The position numbers and the translations under genes were made by a program. Under the pieces are notes generated by a model that was not told the origin of the DNA, did not search any database, and saw only the letters and a program-made list of their open reading frames with translations. A DNA stretch of 64,000 nt, taken from assembly GCF_009914755.1 (NCBI RefSeq), contig NC_060928.1. The stretch is one strand, 5' to 3'. Source of the DNA: the human T2T-CHM13v2.0 reference genome, Homo sapiens. Below, piece after piece: positions 60,664 through 64,000 of this stretch; the stretch's first letter is position 1; each line of letters begins with the position of its first letter.

Positions 60664-60672
60664 CTTGATGAC
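60664..60672 (-). CDS. APBB2: Candidate 9-nt in-frame microexon GTCATCAAG (Val-Ile-Lys)
   Basis: Minus strand reads ...tttctctttacactggttgcttctgccccaacag|GTCATCAAG|gtaagc...tgcatg. Phase 0/0; 85-nt upstream intron. Predicted from motifs only. Confidence 0.6.
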
Positions 60673-60757
60673 CTGTTGGGGCAGAAGCAACCAGTGTAAA
60701 GAGAAACCACAAGTTACATCTATTCTACTAAGCTGGTAAAAAGACACTCCGTTTTAC

Positions 60758-60966
60758 CTCGTTCTCTGGGGTGGGAGATGGCGTTACAGAACTAAGTGAC
60801 CCTTTCCTAGAACCCTGGAGATCTGCTGGGATGGAGACGGGCCGTTCCCACTGAGTCGTTCCTGTTGGGATGTGCCAATAATAGGTCCCGGCAATGTCAC
60901 TGACTCTTTTCCAGCCAGGCGGCAAATCTGGATCAGTCTGAAATGAGTGATCACTCCATATATCTG
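60758..60966 (-). CDS. APBB2: APBB2 coding exon (209 nt), WW domain: (A)DIWSDHSFQTDPDLPPGWKRVSDIAGTYYWHIPTGTTQWERP...SPTPENE
   Basis: WW signature LPPGW...YYW...TTQWERP typical of the FE65 family. Acceptor ttttcag|CAG (second AG 3 nt later), donor GAG|gtaaaa; phase 1 to phase 0. Confidence 0.97.
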
Positions 60967-61441
60967 CTGAAAAATTGGGGGGCGGGGCGGGGGGAGAAAG
61001 AGAGAATTTTATTAAAAGAATGTCAGCACTATTCGTCAGGTGAACCCCAAAGGCAGACGTGTCCATAGTCCAAATGATTAGTTCTTCCTGGTATGTTTGT
61101 GAAATCCATCCATACTGATGTGTGTGGCTGTACTTGGTAAAACAGGTAATACGGAAACAAGTATAAGAATTGGAAAGGAAGGCTAACACCTGAGAACAGG
61201 GACACAAAATCCTCACTATCAAGTCATCCTATAGCTCTAAGAACCCTATGAACAAGCTAAAGCTCCAAACCAGAATCAATTTCCCAAACAAAATTCACAT
61301 AGTTATACACAGTGTACTGAATGCTTTTGTCAATTATTAAGATTTATTGGTTGGCATCATGTCATTCCCAGCTATAACTCTAATTTTCCTAAAATGCTTT
61401 CTGTAAATGAGTGCTGTATTTATATCTTTCATGTGCTTTAA

Positions 61442-61799
<358 letters not shown>

Positions 61800-61842
61800 A
61801 ATACTCTAGAATTCTAATTGCACGCAAAAGATTCCCAAGGAA

Positions 61843-62147
61843 GGCCGGGCGTGGTGGTTCACACCTATAATCCCAGCAATTCGGGAGGCCGAGGTGGGTG
61901 GATCACCTGAGGTCAGGAGTTTGAGACCAGCCTGACCAATGTGGTGAAAGCCTGTCTCTACTAAAAATGCAAAATTAGCTGGGCATGGTGGCGCACACCT
62001 GTAGTCCCAGTTACTCGGGAGGTGGAGGCAGGAGAAACGCTTCAACCCAGGAGGCGGAGGTTGCAGTGAGCTGAGATCACACCGTTGCGCTCCAGCCTGG
62101 GCGACAGAGTGAGACTCTATCTCCAAAAAAAAAAAAAAAAAAAAAAA
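61843..62147 (+). mobile_element. Alu (AluSx-like)
   Basis: Alu dimer; 17-bp TSD aaaagattcccaaggaa (61826-61842, 62144-62160). Confidence 0.94.
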
Positions 62148-64000
62148 GATTCCCAAGGAAAGCAGATTGGAAAAGCCTCGGAAGTCAACAATGGACCACA
62201 CTGACTCTACAGACAGGCCAGTGATGTAAACATGTGAAGCAGAGTGTGAGAGACAACAAAGGTGGGTGACTGGAAAATGGGCAAGCACCTGCAAAGTCCA
62301 GTCATCCCAATTCCAGAAAATAATCCTTTAAACACTGCGATGGCCAAATAAAATATGTTACGTCTGCTAGACAATTCCCATCATATCTGGCCTTTCTACA
62401 TATCTTATCAGTTTACTGAATATCTGCTGGCTTTTAAAAATCTCATTTTTGGCCTTGAGTTGACTAGGAAATGGGTAACAGTGCTAGAGAAGAGAGAACA
62501 GAGGGGAGAGGAAGTAGAATGAGACATCCACCGAGATGGAGGGGTAATAAGGGAATCACAGGCAGCTGAATCAATGTATGTAGGAAGAAAAACTTTAAAA
62601 ACTTGAGCTCTAAACCCAGGGATCAATTTTATTCTAAGGATTAGGCTGTTTCCTATGTGGCCATACAAAAGCAACCGGAGTGCTTTCCGGCAATTCAAAG
62701 GAGAACACGAGTGGGCCTGGCTCTGTGCAAGTGTCGCTGCATCACGTGCGCAGGCATCACGGGAGCAGAGCCACCGTGAGAAATAGAGAAATCAAACAAA
62801 GGGGCTGATGAAGACTGTGGCCACGGATGTGCATGCATGCAGTCACTTTCCTCATTTAAATCTGCCAGAAGCAAAAGTGCCACTAGTCTCAAATTATGCT
62901 GGGAATTTCCCCCTGTCCCCACAGGGAGTGAAGCATAATTAAATAATTTCAAGTTAACCAAATTTTGCAGAAACAACTCTAATCAAACATGTGTTTACAT
63001 TTCTTTGTCCTGTCTCCTTTTCAGGGGACGAAGGGGTCACTTCTGCTATTATTTTGTTTTCGGCATCTCAACTGGGACACATAAGGTTAGATACATAGGT
63101 TTTGGGATAAAGTTGGAGAAAACCCTAGCAAGTGGGTTCCCTCGTCCCATTCTAGTGGCTCACAGACAGCGAGCTCTGGAACTAGACACTGAAAAGATAC
63201 AAAGAAGCTGCCAGTTACCATTTCTGTGGTTTATGAGGACTGGAGGCCTGAATTTACACATTTAGCCTAGTTGTCTTTACCACTGAGACATTAGCGTGTA
63301 TGAAGAATAGCTACATACATTATCAAAATATGACACCATGTCAGACCAACGGCAGAGGCCAAGGTTGGTGGCTTTCAAGTTGGGCTGATAAGGAGGTACC
63401 TAGAGGTATCATGAGAGGAACTTTATGCTGAATGGCACGAATCGGACTGTTTATCTTCAATTAAACCCACCCTAGTTTTACTAAGCTTACGCTGAGATTT
63501 TGTTGAAATAAAAAGAGGAGGTTTATTCTGTTGCTAGAAATAGGTGGTAACAATGGTGCTGGTGACAGATGTAAAGTGGGCACACCTACGGTATTATTAA
63601 TAGGTCTACAATCATTTATAGAATCCCTTCATATTATCTCACATTGGTTTAAGGGATTTAAGCCTTGTGAGGGTAGGCAGATACCATAACTGTCTTATTC
63701 ACCATCATATTCAACATCCAGCATGGCAGGTATTCAATCAAAATTGGATGGATGGAGAGATGGGAGGGAGGGAGAGAGGGAGGGAAAGAAAGAATAAATA
63801 AAGAAGGAAGAAATGAGCAAATCAATTAGGTCTTTCAATGATGGGAACTGGAACTTGGCACTTAGCAAAAGAGAAATTCTAAAGAAATCAGTTCTATGCG
63901 ATTTCACAGAACAGAGCAACTTCATGACTCCCAAGACTTACTAACATTTATCTATCCCTTGATGGCATATGTGAACGTCCTCATGGATAAAAAGAAATAT

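Overview
Primate (most likely human) genomic DNA lying entirely within the FE65-family adaptor gene APBB2 (FE65L1), which is transcribed on the minus strand. Six coding exons can be reconstructed with splice sites and compatible phases: 60758-60966 (WW domain), 50970-51032, 50507-50592, 50349-50409 (WW-PTB1 linker), 9190-9336 and 6288-6415 (PTB1/PID). The rest is intron, including one of about 41 kb. It holds about 40 Alus, MIR/L2/L1 relics, solo LTRs (ERV1, THE1, MST, MLT1), Tigger/hAT fossils, a 46-bp minisatellite and microsatellites. Almost all ORFs in the supplied track are spurious. No prokaryote-style novel system is supported. The most interesting signals concern splicing. (1) A candidate 9-nt in-frame microexon (GTCATCAAG, Val-Ile-Lys; 60664-60672) lies 85 nt after the WW exon, with UGC motifs upstream and UGCAUG downstream. 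(2) The 63-nt linker exon has a GC donor, a distal branch point and two downstream UGCAUG motifs. (3) The WW exon has a NAGNAG acceptor behind a C-rich tract. Gene and repeat-family names come from my recall of the sequences, not from database searches. Repeat boundaries are approximate.
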